Below, piece by piece: positions 1 to 9,969 of a stretch of DNA of 64,000 bases. The notes under the pieces are model-generated. The model did not search any database. It worked only from the letters and a program-made list of their open reading frames with translations, and had not been told where the DNA came from. Each line of letters starts with the position of its first letter. Positions within the stretch are counted from its first letter, which is position 1. This stretch comes from Bdellovibrio sp. (GTDB lineage: Bacteria > Bdellovibrionota > Bdellovibrionia > Bdellovibrionales > Bdellovibrionaceae). The stretch covers positions 704,001 through 768,000 of the forward strand of contig JAKFCY010000002.1 in the NCBI GenBank assembly GCA_036676395.1. The letters are read 5' to 3'. Position numbers and translations under genes: made by a program.

Positions 1-213
1 GCAAAACGTTATTACAGCTATTTTACTGGTTATGATGTGAATTTAGCAGAGCGCAATGTTGCTGAAGCCAACAACACGAAAGAAGCTAAATTTCACCGCG
101 CGAAAGTTTACTCGATCGCCGCAAATCTTAAGAAAAGTCAGAATATGGCATCAATGATTAAAGAAATTGTCAGCAGTGAGGCCTTTGTTTATCGCCAATA
201 TTCGCCTCCGTAA
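1..213 (+). CDS. 3' end of a gene truncated by the window edge; C-terminus resembles DUF1585-type partners of DUF1501 proteins
   Basis: Frame 1 is open to TAA at 211-213 (AKRYYSYFTG...MIKEIVSSEAFVYRQYSPP*) and lies directly upstream of the DUF1501 gene. Confidence 0.5.
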   Translation, partial: AKRYYSYFTGYDVNLAERNVAEANNTKEAKFHRAKVYSIAANLKKSQNMASMIKEIVSSEAFVYRQYSPP

Positions 214-268
214 AACGGGATCAGTGAATAAGGGGTTGGCGAATAAATAATTTCAGGGGGAAAACAGA

Positions 269-1909
269 ATGGGTAACGGACAAAGTCGTAGAAAGTTTTT
301 AGAAAACGCAACAAAGAGCCTAGGTTTAGTAGGGATATCTCCTATGATGTCTAACTTTATTGTGCAGACTCTTTCTTCTCAGGTTCTTGCAGCTGGAACA
401 ACAAACAGCGGCGGTTCAGATAAAATTTATATCTTTTTTGCATTACCAGGTGGGCCACCACGTTGGTTTTTTGATTTACCATTAACTCCAAACGGAACTA
501 CAGCAAAACCTACTGATAATTTTTCGCATAATGGTGTTGCTACTTATGTGGGTATGGCAGGTGCCGGTGATCCACAAGCCATGTACAAACCATGGCGTGA
601 TCCAGTCAGTAAATACTGGTTACCACCAGTGTGGGGTTCAAATCCTTCAGGCGGAAGTTTTAAAAATTGTTTAGCCAACGCAGCTTTTATTCGCGGTGTT
701 GATTTTGAAATTAACAACCATGATCTAGGAAGATTACGTAACCAATCACCAATTATCGGTGGTTTATCAATTGCCGGTCTATTAGCTGAAAAAACAAATT
801 CGGCATTTCCGGCAGCTTCGGCAGGAAGTATCGGCGCAGCGTTCAAGGCTGGTAAGCCGATGTCTCCGGTGGGCTTAAATTATGCGGTATCTGCTACGAC
901 TAATCCAATTTCAACAACGATGCGTTACTTCGCAGGCCGCGCCCCGGTTGAAAATTTAGCGGTCAACCAAGCCTTAACTGAGTTTGATAAATATGCTGAT
1001 AAAAATAATTTTATCCAAAAAGGTTTAACTGAATCAAAAGACAGATCTGATGCTTTGGTTCAGCAAGGTGTAAGCACTTTTACCAATAAGTGGCAGCCAA
1101 CTTACGATAAATATTTGTTAAAAGTTAAAGAAGCGATGTCTATGAATAACACTTCACCGTTCATGGATACTAAACCTATTAGTCCGCCGAAGATGACCAC
1201 TGCGGGAACACCAGACATTCGTTCGCGCCGCGGTGACGCTCAATTTATGGGTGATTTATCAGACTACCGCAATATGGTGAATGACCAAACGACGGTATCT
1301 AATTTAGCTGCGACATTTGCTACGGTTGAGATTTTAATCACGATGGGGTTAACCCAGGTTGTAACAACTGATTTGGGCGGTATCGCAAATCTAGTTTTTA
1401 ACAACGCAAATGGCAAATTCAATTTAGCTAATGATCAACATTTTATCGGCACATTGGTATCAACGATTGCAACGACATTCATGTACCGCGCGATGATTAA
1501 TTGCACTGAAGAATTAGTGTTAGCATTAAAAGAAAAAAATCTATTTGATAAAACTGTTATCCAGTTTGGTGCCGAGTTTAACCGTACAGCTAAAGCTGAT
1601 GGTTCTGGTTCAGATCATGGTTTTAAAGGAAGTTCGGTTTTATTAATTTCAGGCATGATTAAAAAGACGGTAGTGCTTGGCAATGTTAAAGACGATGCCA
1701 CAGGTACATATAAAGGAACGTGGGGGTTGGCGGCGCCACACCCGATCTTAGATAATAAATATCCCCTGCGCCTAAATGACGTGGCAAAAACAATCTGTGG
1801 TATGTTGGGGCTGAAAAACGTTTCTAACAATGGTGAATACATTTTAAATACTGATGGTTCTCAATGGGAAGCCTTCACAGGCGTGAAAGGCGAGGCTAAA
1901 AATGTTTAG
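269..1909 (+). CDS. DUF1501-family exported protein with twin-arginine (Tat) signal
   Basis: SRRKFL Tat motif; GGPPRWFFD, DQH and AEFNRT...GSDHG motifs typical of DUF1501. Confidence 0.75.
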   Translation: MGNGQSRRKFLENATKSLGLVGISPMMSNFIVQTLSSQVLAAGTTNSGGSDKIYIFFALPGGPPRWFFDLPLTPNGTTAKPTDNFSHNGVATYVGMAGAGDPQAMYKPWRDPVSKYWLPPVWGSNPSGGSFKNCLANAAFIRGVDFEINNHDLGRLRNQSPIIGGLSIAGLLAEKTNSAFPAASAGSIGAAFKAGKPMSPVGLNYAVSATTNPISTTMRYFAGRAPVENLAVNQALTEFDKYADKNNFIQKGLTESKDRSDALVQQGVSTFTNKWQPTYDKYLLKVKEAMSMNNTSPFMDTKPISPPKMTTAGTPDIRSRRGDAQFMGDLSDYRNMVNDQTTVSNLAATFATVEILITMGLTQVVTTDLGGIANLVFNNANGKFNLANDQHFIGTLVSTIATTFMYRAMINCTEELVLALKEKNLFDKTVIQFGAEFNRTAKADGSGSDHGFKGSSVLLISGMIKKTVVLGNVKDDATGTYKGTWGLAAPHPILDNKYPLRLNDVAKTICGMLGLKNVSNNGEYILNTDGSQWEAFTGVKGEAKNV

Positions 1910-2636
1910 ATCAATGTATGCTCGTATTTCTTTAGTGATTGTTTCGTTATTTGTAATGGTGCATTTTCAAAACTGTGCGCCCGCTGCAAAAGAAGAATCA
2001 GTACTTGATTCAATGGGTAACGCTAACCTGATTGATCAAATTCATAAAGATAATGATCATAGTACTGATATTCCTGTGCAAGAAAAAATGGCTTTAGAGG
2101 TTTCAAAATCTTTGCTAGACCGCTCAATGATCTATTCATTGTTTGTAGATATTTTCGGTCCGGATGCAGCAGCAATTGCAGCTTTAAATCAATTGCGCGC
2201 CGAGCGGGCGGTGTTTGGTGGGCCGTGTTCAGTTTATGAAAATTTTAAATCAGTTCGTGCTGGCTTAAAAATGGATTCTGAAGCTGAAAGCTGTGCTAAC
2301 TCTGAAACCGCAAATAACTTAGGTGCACCGGTAAATCCAGTAGCTAATGTCTTGCAGCAGGCTTTAATCAATGACGTTTGTCAGCAGGTGTTGCTGAACG
2401 CGAAAACTTATAACTATGCAATCGCTCAGATTAAAGAAAGTTCGACTGTCGCGATCCCGGCAAATACACCCGCGAATGTTTTAAAAGTTTTTCGTTTATT
2501 TTATCGCGGTAAACCTGATCCTGATGCTGGTTTAGTTAATAGCTTACAGGTTTTAGTGGGCGAGCCAGCTAGCGCGGATGGGTGGAAGGCCGCGATCTCA
2601 ACGACTTGTGTTTCAAGTCACTGGCAGGCGTTGTAA
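1902..2636 (+). CDS. Hypothetical lipoprotein (FQNC signal)
   Basis: Hydrophobic N-terminus ending HFQNCAP; overlaps the stop of the upstream gene. Confidence 0.7.
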   Translation: MFRSMYARISLVIVSLFVMVHFQNCAPAAKEESVLDSMGNANLIDQIHKDNDHSTDIPVQEKMALEVSKSLLDRSMIYSLFVDIFGPDAAAIAALNQLRAERAVFGGPCSVYENFKSVRAGLKMDSEAESCANSETANNLGAPVNPVANVLQQALINDVCQQVLLNAKTYNYAIAQIKESSTVAIPANTPANVLKVFRLFYRGKPDPDAGLVNSLQVLVGEPASADGWKAAISTTCVSSHWQAL

Positions 2637-3196
2637 TGAAGTACTGGGGGATTTTAGTTTTATTAACCGCACAACTAACAATGGCAGACCAAGTCGTGCC
2701 ATTGTTTCGTGATAATAGCATGACAACCTATGTGACAATGCCATTTCGCCTAGAAGCTACAGATGGATCAGCTGTTCCGATCATGAGTATTGAAGTCACA
2801 AGTTCGAAAGACAATTGCCAGGCGATGATTGATCCAATGATTTCGTCAAACTTTTTAGTCAAGTGCACAAAGACAGATTCATTAGAAGTCGCTGTGTATT
2901 TTAAACAAAGCGATGGGTCAATTGCCCGTATTAATTATGGACCGGTGGTAGTTGCAAAAATTTCTGACAGCGAGACGGTATTAACTCCAGTCATTGATAA
3001 CACACTTAAATACAAAGCCGGCCGTGATTTATATGCAAGCCAGTGTTTAAGCTGTCATTTAAGTCCTTACGATAAACCGAATCGTTCACTGACTCAGATT
3101 AAATCGGCGATTGCAGGAATTACGCGTATGAAATCCATTAAACTAACTGATGCGCAAATTAAATCCATCAGCGATTATTTAAACAATTTAGATTAG
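2636..3196 (+). CDS. Secreted protein with a C-terminal c-type cytochrome domain
   Basis: TAATG stop/start overlap at 2634-2638; signal peptide MKYWGILVLLTAQLTMA; GRDLYASQCLSCH haem-binding motif with a distal Met (TRMKS). Confidence 0.75.
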   Translation: MKYWGILVLLTAQLTMADQVVPLFRDNSMTTYVTMPFRLEATDGSAVPIMSIEVTSSKDNCQAMIDPMISSNFLVKCTKTDSLEVAVYFKQSDGSIARINYGPVVVAKISDSETVLTPVIDNTLKYKAGRDLYASQCLSCHLSPYDKPNRSLTQIKSAIAGITRMKSIKLTDAQIKSISDYLNNLD

Positions 3197-3208
3197 AAGG
3201 AGGGATAT

Positions 3209-3682
3209 ATGATGAAACTTAAAAAAAGTACAAAAAAAATTATCCCACTTTTAGTTTTAATGGGATTATTAGTTTTTCAATTTCAAAATTGTGCCCCCAA
3301 AAAAGAATTCGCCTTTGAAGATGAAAGAGTCGAAGAGACGATGAGCTTTTTTGAATATCGGTATACCAAGGCCACGCCGATTTATTTTGAAATACAGGTG
3401 TTGCCAACGACTTCAGATGCCACTTATCAAAATTATGATATTTTAGGTTTTGCGACACCATCAGATGGAAGTGCAGACGCTATTGAATATAAAATCGATA
3501 TTTATAATACCAGTCAGCAAAGTATATGTGCTCAGAAGACTGGGCTACTGACAGCAGGTGAAACATTAATTAGTGAATCCTGCGTGATTGCAAAAAATGT
3601 AAAAATTGGTTCAGCAGTAATACAAGTTAAAAAACAATCCGGAGGAGTTTGGGATGTCTACACAAAACAATACAACGAATAA
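3209..3682 (+). CDS. Hypothetical lipoprotein (FQNC signal)
   Basis: AGGAGG RBS; signal ending FQFQNCAP. Confidence 0.7.
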   Translation: MMKLKKSTKKIIPLLVLMGLLVFQFQNCAPKKEFAFEDERVEETMSFFEYRYTKATPIYFEIQVLPTTSDATYQNYDILGFATPSDGSADAIEYKIDIYNTSQQSICAQKTGLLTAGETLISESCVIAKNVKIGSAVIQVKKQSGGVWDVYTKQYNE

Positions 3683-4169
3683 ACTTAATCTAATGGTCGC
3701 AGCCGTGCTGCTGACACTGTCGATGCAAGCTAACGCTGGCATGGTCGAAGCCCAAGTGGTGGTCAACCCAGTCGGTGATTTCGTCGCCGAATTTAAAGAT
3801 ATTGCAGGTAGCGCTTATGCGGATGGGGATTCTTATAAAGCTGATACGTTTGTGATTCCTTGGTCTAAATTAAGCACGGGCATGAGTGTTCGTGATAAGC
3901 ATGCCAAAGATTATTTTAATGCATCCAAATACCCAAATATCGAAATTGCAACGGCCTTAGGTAAGGGCGGTAATGGGGTAGCGAAAGTAAAAATGAATAA
4001 CGTTGAGAAGATCGTCAAAGGCAAGTACGTCAAAGACGGTAATAATCTAATTGCTGAATTTGAATTGAAATTAAGTCTATTTAATGTGAACAACATTAAT
4101 TTCAAAGGCGCGGGCGTAGAAGACAAAGTCAAAGTTAAAGTCACCGTTCCAATTATAGCAAAAAAGTAA
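3654..4169 (+). CDS. YceI-family periplasmic lipid/polyisoprenoid-binding protein
   Basis: Signal peptide; LSTGMSVRDKH...YFNASKYPNI YceI motif; GGAGGA RBS. Confidence 0.8.
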   Translation: MSTQNNTTNKLNLMVAAVLLTLSMQANAGMVEAQVVVNPVGDFVAEFKDIAGSAYADGDSYKADTFVIPWSKLSTGMSVRDKHAKDYFNASKYPNIEIATALGKGGNGVAKVKMNNVEKIVKGKYVKDGNNLIAEFELKLSLFNVNNINFKGAGVEDKVKVKVTVPIIAKK

Positions 4170-4190
4170 ATCTTGATTTGAGACACATAG

Positions 4191-4212
4191 GGCCTTTTGC
4201 TGTCAAAAGGCC
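4191..4212. terminator. Inverted repeat after the yceI-like gene, probable terminator
   Basis: GGCCTTTTG-CTGT-CAAAAGGCC; no clear U-tract. Confidence 0.45.
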
Positions 4213-4283
4213 GGACAAATGTAGACGAATAGCATGACAGCGTCTTAAATTGCTCCGTTCAACTAACATAAATTGTCACTAAC

Positions 4284-4302
4284 TAGGCACGGTATTCGCT
4301 TT
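4284..4302 (+). promoter_or_regulatory. sigma54 (-24/-12)-like promoter
   Basis: TAGGCACGGTATTCGCTTT: GG-N10-GC with GGCAC core. Confidence 0.65.
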
Positions 4303-4328
4303 ATATCTCTTCGGGTGAGGGAAAAGAT

Positions 4329-5165
4329 ATGAAGCATATTTTATTTCTATGTTTAGTCCTTGCGGCATGTATTGCAAATGCACAAGTTTTTACAACCGAG
4401 ATTGCCGACACGCCACCATTTCAGATCTCAATTCAAGATACGACAGATCCCAATTTAGAAATAAGATCTTCTGGGGCCGCTACAGAGGCTGCAGCCGTTG
4501 AAGATTGCGTTGGTTGTGTTGAGAGCACATCTAAGGCGCCACAGGCCTTAGCGAGCGTGCACGAGACTGGTCAGCACTTAGAACGAGTGATTGTCGAAGA
4601 AGGCTGGCAGAATTCATGTGATGGGTTTGTTAAAGATGGCAAAATCGGATTGTATGGCCAAATTGTTCGCGAAGAAATAATGAAACCCACAGCTTTAAAA
4701 AATATAAAAGCAGGCGATGATGATTTAAGCCGCCTGTGCCCGAATTACCCATCAATGAATACCAGCAGTAAAGCCAATGTGATTTTATTAATAATGACTT
4801 CAATGGCTTTTGAAGAGAGCTCTTGTAATAATAATAAGTCAGCCCGCGGGCCTAACGGCACGGCTAAAGGATTTTTTCAGTTACATTCGGGCCGCGAATC
4901 TAACTACAGTTCAGATTGTGCAAATTATGACAGCCGCACTCCACGTGGCAGCATCACATGTGCACTAAGTATGCTTGATAAACAAATGGGTGAGGGCAAT
5001 TTATTTCGCCAAGACGAAAACTATTGGGATGTATTACGCCCTAAACGTTGGAGTAAAAAAACTAAAAGCTATTTTCCAAATCCTTCGTTTCGCGAGATTA
5101 GAAGTGCGATTTCAAGTTTTGAACCCTGCACCGGAAAACAACAGATTTCAGTTGCTGATAACTAA
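4329..5165 (+). CDS. Secreted lytic transglycosylase (SLT)-like protein
   Basis: Signal peptide; MAFEESSCN catalytic-Glu motif and GFFQL (GLMQ-like) motif. Confidence 0.65.
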   Translation: MKHILFLCLVLAACIANAQVFTTEIADTPPFQISIQDTTDPNLEIRSSGAATEAAAVEDCVGCVESTSKAPQALASVHETGQHLERVIVEEGWQNSCDGFVKDGKIGLYGQIVREEIMKPTALKNIKAGDDDLSRLCPNYPSMNTSSKANVILLIMTSMAFEESSCNNNKSARGPNGTAKGFFQLHSGRESNYSSDCANYDSRTPRGSITCALSMLDKQMGEGNLFRQDENYWDVLRPKRWSKKTKSYFPNPSFREIRSAISSFEPCTGKQQISVADN

Positions 5166-5971
5166 GCTTTACGAAAATACTTCTGTTGTAAGAAGGCGCA
5201 TAACGATGCGCCTGATAAAACGATGCTCCAGACCACTAAAAGCCACAGCATAAAAATCGGAAACGATGCCAGTGAGCCGTAGATTTTGTTCTGTCTAAAT
5301 ACTTTTAACGAAATCCATAAAAATGAACTCTGAACCACAGCAATGCCTAAAGCAGCCAAAGCTGCACTGATTAAGCCTGCGCGCTTAGATACTTTTGTAT
5401 CTGGCACAACGGTGTATAAAATCCATAAAGCTAAACCAATCACCAGACCAAATAAAAATTGCTGATGCACAGTTGATCCCAGTTTTTCGATGATTTTAAC
5501 CGAACGCAAACCAATAAAACCTGCAAGTAATACCGGAAGACTGACTAAAACAATCGAGTGCAGCCACATACGCTTGATAAACGGCTTACGCGGTTTAATA
5601 CGCCATAGATGATGAAAAGCCGTATCGATATTTCTAAATAAGCCAATCGTCGTAAATAAAAGAAAGATAACGCCCGTATAACCAAGTGTGCGCGATTGAA
5701 TTTTAGTGACCGAGGTTTTTAAGTATTGTGTGACTGTGTTGCCAGTGGCTTCTTTTAAATAAGACATCAGTAAGCTTTCAACCTGTGGATAAAGCTTTTC
5801 TAACTCTCCTACCGATTGAAACACCGCTAAAATAACCACTAAAAAGGGTACCGTCGCAAATAAAGTCGAATAAGATAAACTGGCTGCAGCGAAACGAATT
5901 TCTGCGAACTCATCCGAGAGTTTACGCAGAAAAGTTTTAAAGTTTGCCAGTGCTGCTTTTACTCCAGCCAA
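5162..5971 (-). CDS. YihY/BrkB-family inner-membrane protein
   Basis: AASLSYSTLFATVP and IYGSLASFPIFMLWL motifs; multiple TM helices. Confidence 0.9.
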   Translation of the reverse strand: MAGVKAALANFKTFLRKLSDEFAEIRFAAASLSYSTLFATVPFLVVILAVFQSVGELEKLYPQVESLLMSYLKEATGNTVTQYLKTSVTKIQSRTLGYTGVIFLLFTTIGLFRNIDTAFHHLWRIKPRKPFIKRMWLHSIVLVSLPVLLAGFIGLRSVKIIEKLGSTVHQQFLFGLVIGLALWILYTVVPDTKVSKRAGLISAALAALGIAVVQSSFLWISLKVFRQNKIYGSLASFPIFMLWLLVVWSIVLSGASLCAFLQQKYFRKA

Positions 5972-6858
5972 AAGCGTTCCTTAACTTTAAAATCCGATTT
6001 ATCGCTTTCAACAGTGGCGACATCGCAATAAGGATCATGTTCGAAAAATAAATACGTATTTTTTTCTAGCGATGATTTTAACAGAGCTGTTTTTTCTTCG
6101 ATGACTTTTAGGGGGTGTAAATCATAACCCATCACCCAGGCCGCTCTAATATGCGATGCGGTTGGAATCACATCCCCGCAATAAATTAATTTCTGAGTTT
6201 CATCTTCAACAATAACAACCTGATGAGCTGTTGTGTGGCCATCAGAAACCCATACTGAAATATTCGGCAATAGGTTTTTAGTTTCACCATTCACTAAATT
6301 TAAAACACCGGCATCTAAAAGCGGCTGAAAATTCGGCGCAAGGTAACTGGCTTTTTCACGAACATTTGGAGTTTGAGCTGTTTTTAAATTTTCAGTTTGT
6401 ACGTAATACTGCGCTTTAGGAAAAGTCGGTTTGATCATATTATCGATAGCACTTGTTGCGCCGCCGGCGTGATCGAAATGTAAATGTGTCAGGATAACAT
6501 CAGTAATATCATTTGCGGTTAAGCCATGGGCTGCTAATGAACTTTTAAGGCTAGGGCCTGAAGCATCGACACTGTAAAGTTCGGCAAATTTCGCTCCTAA
6601 TTTATCACCGTATTTGGCGATAAAGTCAGATCCATTGCCACAGTCAACTAACACATTACGATCAGCAGATTTTAATAATAAAGCGCGGGCTTCCATCGGG
6701 ATGCGGTTATGTTCATCAGCTGGATTGGTTTTTTCCCATAACGCTTTTGGAACTGTGCCAAACATGGCGCCGCCATCCAGGCCAAATAAACCAGTCGGTA
6801 ATGGGATAACTTCGTAGCCGCCAATGTTTAAATGAATTTTTGGATGATTAGTTTTCAT
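5959..6858 (-). CDS. Metallo-beta-lactamase-fold hydrolase (YtnP-like)
   Basis: LDGGAMFGTVPK, THLHFDHAGG, GHT and HDP motifs; start chosen at the ATG with an AAGG RBS. Confidence 0.9.
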   Translation of the reverse strand: MKTNHPKIHLNIGGYEVIPLPTGLFGLDGGAMFGTVPKALWEKTNPADEHNRIPMEARALLLKSADRNVLVDCGNGSDFIAKYGDKLGAKFAELYSVDASGPSLKSSLAAHGLTANDITDVILTHLHFDHAGGATSAIDNMIKPTFPKAQYYVQTENLKTAQTPNVREKASYLAPNFQPLLDAGVLNLVNGETKNLLPNISVWVSDGHTTAHQVVIVEDETQKLIYCGDVIPTASHIRAAWVMGYDLHPLKVIEEKTALLKSSLEKNTYLFFEHDPYCDVATVESDKSDFKVKERFWLE

Positions 6859-7669
6859 CAGAACCTTCATCAGTGTTTTCGTCAGTGGTTAATTCTTGTA
6901 ATGTTTTTTCACTGGTATCTTCAGTGTAATTCGCATCGGTTAAATCATCTGGCAAGATTGATGGATCAATGGTTTTAACCCAATTGATATAATTTTGATA
7001 AACCACTTCAATATTTGTAGGCTCTTGTACCGGGCCTATATGCACAGTAAGTTTACCGGGTCTGGCAAAGATCGCCCCTTTAGGCCAAAGTTTTAAATTG
7101 CCTTCGATATAAATAAATAAAATCGGCGTTTTTGTTTTTTCAGCAAAAATACTAATGCCGCGTTTGAATTCCTGTAGCTTTCCGTCTTTAGAGCGAGTCC
7201 CTTCCGGAAAAATAATCAGCCACATGCGGTCTAAATCTCTAAGCAGAGTCAGAATTAAATTTACCGCTTCGCCTTTACGGTCTTTACGGTCGATCGGAAT
7301 CGCGCCTAAACAATTGGCCGAAAAAAAAGTAAATAGTGGATTTTTGAAAAAGTAGTCTTTTGCTGCTGCGATATAAAGATCAAACCAATGTTTGCGCGGA
7401 ATACTTGCGGCAATCGATGTCGCATCTAAGTGTGAGGCATGATTTGAAATGATAATCAGTTTTTTATGTTTTTCGTAAAGTTCGTCAAAATTACCGCCCT
7501 TAACTGAAAGGCGGATGTACATGGTGTAAAACCATTTTTTTAAAATAATAAACCAGATAAAACGAACAACTTTACTTGTTAAATCATAGTGATGAGTAAA
7601 AAGCGGAAGATGTTTTAAATGGCCCGGAAGCTTTGTCCACTGATCGTTGTCATAGTTCCACTCACGCAT
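6848..7669 (-). CDS. Lysophospholipid acyltransferase (PlsC family)
   Basis: NHASHLD and FPEGTRS motifs. Confidence 0.9.
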   Translation of the reverse strand: MREWNYDNDQWTKLPGHLKHLPLFTHHYDLTSKVVRFIWFIILKKWFYTMYIRLSVKGGNFDELYEKHKKLIIISNHASHLDATSIAASIPRKHWFDLYIAAAKDYFFKNPLFTFFSANCLGAIPIDRKDRKGEAVNLILTLLRDLDRMWLIIFPEGTRSKDGKLQEFKRGISIFAEKTKTPILFIYIEGNLKLWPKGAIFARPGKLTVHIGPVQEPTNIEVVYQNYINWVKTIDPSILPDDLTDANYTEDTSEKTLQELTTDENTDEGSDEN

Positions 7670-7673
7670 AAGG

Positions 7674-8609
7674 TTATCCCAAAGCTTTCAGAGCTAACAT
7701 GACAAAGTAAAAAATCGGAGCCACAAAAATTAAACGATCCATGCGTTGTAAAAAATCACCGCGGCCTAAAACAAACGGGCCCACGATTTTGACACCGGCA
7801 TCTTTACGAAACACGGCCATCACTAGATCACCAACAACACCACCAAATGAAGCCACTAAGCCTGAAGCCAGCCAGTATTGTTCGCCACGATCTGGTAAGA
7901 GGTGGCGCATACCGTAAGCTAAGGCTACCGTCATTAAGATTGAAGTTGCTGTACTTAAAAACGTACGACGCTGTGAAAGTTCAGCAAAAATTTTATTGCC
8001 GCGAAAATATCCGCTGATCGCTAAATTCGTATTGTCACAGAATTCAGTTAAGATCACCAAATACATCAATTGGTAAATGCCGTTTTCGAAGTTAAGGAGC
8101 AAGGCTAAATGCATGAACGACCAGCCTAAGAAGATAAATCCGAGTAAAGTTAATGAAATGTACTGGATCATATTTTTGTATTCGCGCTTGATCAGCGGAA
8201 CCAAACACAAAGCCCCCAAGACAATCATCGGCATAGAATTGTAAGTAACAAGATTATCGTAATACGAACAAGCGGCTAATCCTAGGATACCGCCGTAAGC
8301 AATGTACACGAAGGCACTCTTATGAAAAATACCCAAGATCTGAAAATAAGCCTTAGCGCCAAAGATTGCAAAAACAGTTAAAGCAATAAATGGGATTGGG
8401 TAGGGAAGCCCTAATACACCAAACATGATCGGAGCAAAGATCAACCAACTTTTAATCGAAGCCCAAGCCACCATCGAATATTGGTTGTTTTTGCGAAGTA
8501 AAAAGTTAACTATCCCGCCGGCAAAAATTACGGCAATAACGATCAAAGCTGTTTGTTGATAGATAGGGCTGTGCCAACCGATGAAATCTGATTGAAGGGG
8601 ATTATTCAT
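7674..8609 (-). CDS. Phosphatidate cytidylyltransferase family (CdsA/YnbB-like)
   Basis: Polytopic membrane protein; GDLVMAVFRKDAGVK...GRGDFLQRMD C-terminal signature. Confidence 0.8.
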   Translation of the reverse strand: MNNPLQSDFIGWHSPIYQQTALIVIAVIFAGGIVNFLLRKNNQYSMVAWASIKSWLIFAPIMFGVLGLPYPIPFIALTVFAIFGAKAYFQILGIFHKSAFVYIAYGGILGLAACSYYDNLVTYNSMPMIVLGALCLVPLIKREYKNMIQYISLTLLGFIFLGWSFMHLALLLNFENGIYQLMYLVILTEFCDNTNLAISGYFRGNKIFAELSQRRTFLSTATSILMTVALAYGMRHLLPDRGEQYWLASGLVASFGGVVGDLVMAVFRKDAGVKIVGPFVLGRGDFLQRMDRLIFVAPIFYFVMLALKALG

Positions 8610-9942
8610 AAACTATTCCGTAATCTTTAATTTTTTTATACAAGCTTGATTTTGAAATCTGTAAAGATGTGCAAGCTTGGTCGATGTTATTATTTTGTTT
8701 TAAGAAAAGAGTGATAAACTTTTTCTCTTGAGCATTGATAAACTCTTCTAAACTTTGATCTAACTTAATGGTTTCGCTGTTTTCAGGCATGCCGCCAGAA
8801 AACAATAGACGATTTACATCTTCTTTAAGAACGACTGGTAACGGCGATGTTAATACAAGCTGTTCGCAGACACGCTTTAATTCGCGAATGTTGCCTGGCC
8901 AATCATAAGCCTGCAACGCTTCAAAAGCTTCTTGGTCGAATTGTTTGTTGCGCTTGGCTTTGTCTTTTTCAAGAAAAAATTTAGCGACATCAGGAATATC
9001 AGCTTTGCGTTCACGTAAACCCGGTAAACTGATTTTATGGGCTGAAATTCTAAAATATAAATCTTCACGAAATTTTTTCTCAGCAATAAGTTGTTTTAAT
9101 GGCTGATTGCTGGCGGCGATTACGCGCACATCAACATGAAAAGATTCTTTAGAGCCAACTTTTTTAACTTCACCAGTTTCTAAGAAACGTAAAAGTTTAG
9201 CTTGCTGTCCTAAAGGGAGTGCTTCGATTTCATCTAAAAATAAATCTCCGCCATGAGCGGCTTCACAAAGACCGACTTTGTTTTGATCAGCGCCGGTGAA
9301 TGAACCTTTAATGTGACCAAAGAATTCAGATTCAAATAGGTTTTCAGAAATTCCGGCACAGTTAATAGTTACGAAAGGTTTGGCCCCCTCTTGCTGGGCT
9401 AAAAGCCTAGCGATAACATCTTTACCGGTTCCGGTTTCGCCTTCGATAAGAACTGAACTGCGTTCACCTTTAAGCGAGGCAATCGTTTTTCTAACTTGTT
9501 CCATGATAGGTGATTGGCCTACAAGAGTCGTTTTTTTGTGATTTGAATATTCAACTTGGCGCAATTGCCAGTAAGCCATGATTTTTTCTAAAGTCATCGT
9601 CACTTCGGCAGCGATTAAGGGCTTAGCCAAAAAGCGGGCAGCGCCAGATTTAATCGCCATTTCCATGTTCTGACGGTTTAAATCACCAGACATCGAAACG
9701 ATTTCAGTTTGCGGATTTTTTTTCAACAATTGAGCAATGATCGTAGGGCCATCGGGAGTTTCGCCAACCTTAGACAGAATATGCATGTCGACCATAGCCG
9801 CATGATAAAAGATGTGATCCGGAATCAAATCTGGCCTTAACGCGATAAAAACTTTAAAGCCCGCAGGAGCCATCAGCTTTACAGAATTAGCAAGCATTGC
9901 ATCATCATCGACGATGAGTAAATTAAGTAAATCAGTAGACAT
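8602..9942 (-). CDS. sigma54-dependent response regulator (NtrC-type: REC-AAA-HTH)
   Basis: IVDDD receiver; GETGTGK; ESEFFGHIKGSFTGA; WPGNIREL; C-terminal Fis-type HTH. Confidence 0.92.
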   Translation of the reverse strand: MSTDLLNLLIVDDDAMLANSVKLMAPAGFKVFIALRPDLIPDHIFYHAAMVDMHILSKVGETPDGPTIIAQLLKKNPQTEIVSMSGDLNRQNMEMAIKSGAARFLAKPLIAAEVTMTLEKIMAYWQLRQVEYSNHKKTTLVGQSPIMEQVRKTIASLKGERSSVLIEGETGTGKDVIARLLAQQEGAKPFVTINCAGISENLFESEFFGHIKGSFTGADQNKVGLCEAAHGGDLFLDEIEALPLGQQAKLLRFLETGEVKKVGSKESFHVDVRVIAASNQPLKQLIAEKKFREDLYFRISAHKISLPGLRERKADIPDVAKFFLEKDKAKRNKQFDQEAFEALQAYDWPGNIRELKRVCEQLVLTSPLPVVLKEDVNRLLFSGGMPENSETIKLDQSLEEFINAQEKKFITLFLKQNNNIDQACTSLQISKSSLYKKIKDYGIVYE

Positions 9943-9946
9943 TGCC

Positions 9947-9965
9947 TTATTCTATTCTAGAATAA
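9947..9965. promoter_or_regulatory. Symmetric bidirectional -10 element (TAGAAT on both strands)
   Basis: TTATTCTA-TTC-TAGAATAA; each TAGAAT lies 6 nt before a divergent ATG (9942 and 9970). Confidence 0.55.
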
Positions 9966-9969
9966 ATGC

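Noticed and set aside
9292..9312. GSFTGA instead of GAFTGA implying a sigma54-independent regulator
   Set aside because: GSFTGA is a common functional variant of the loop
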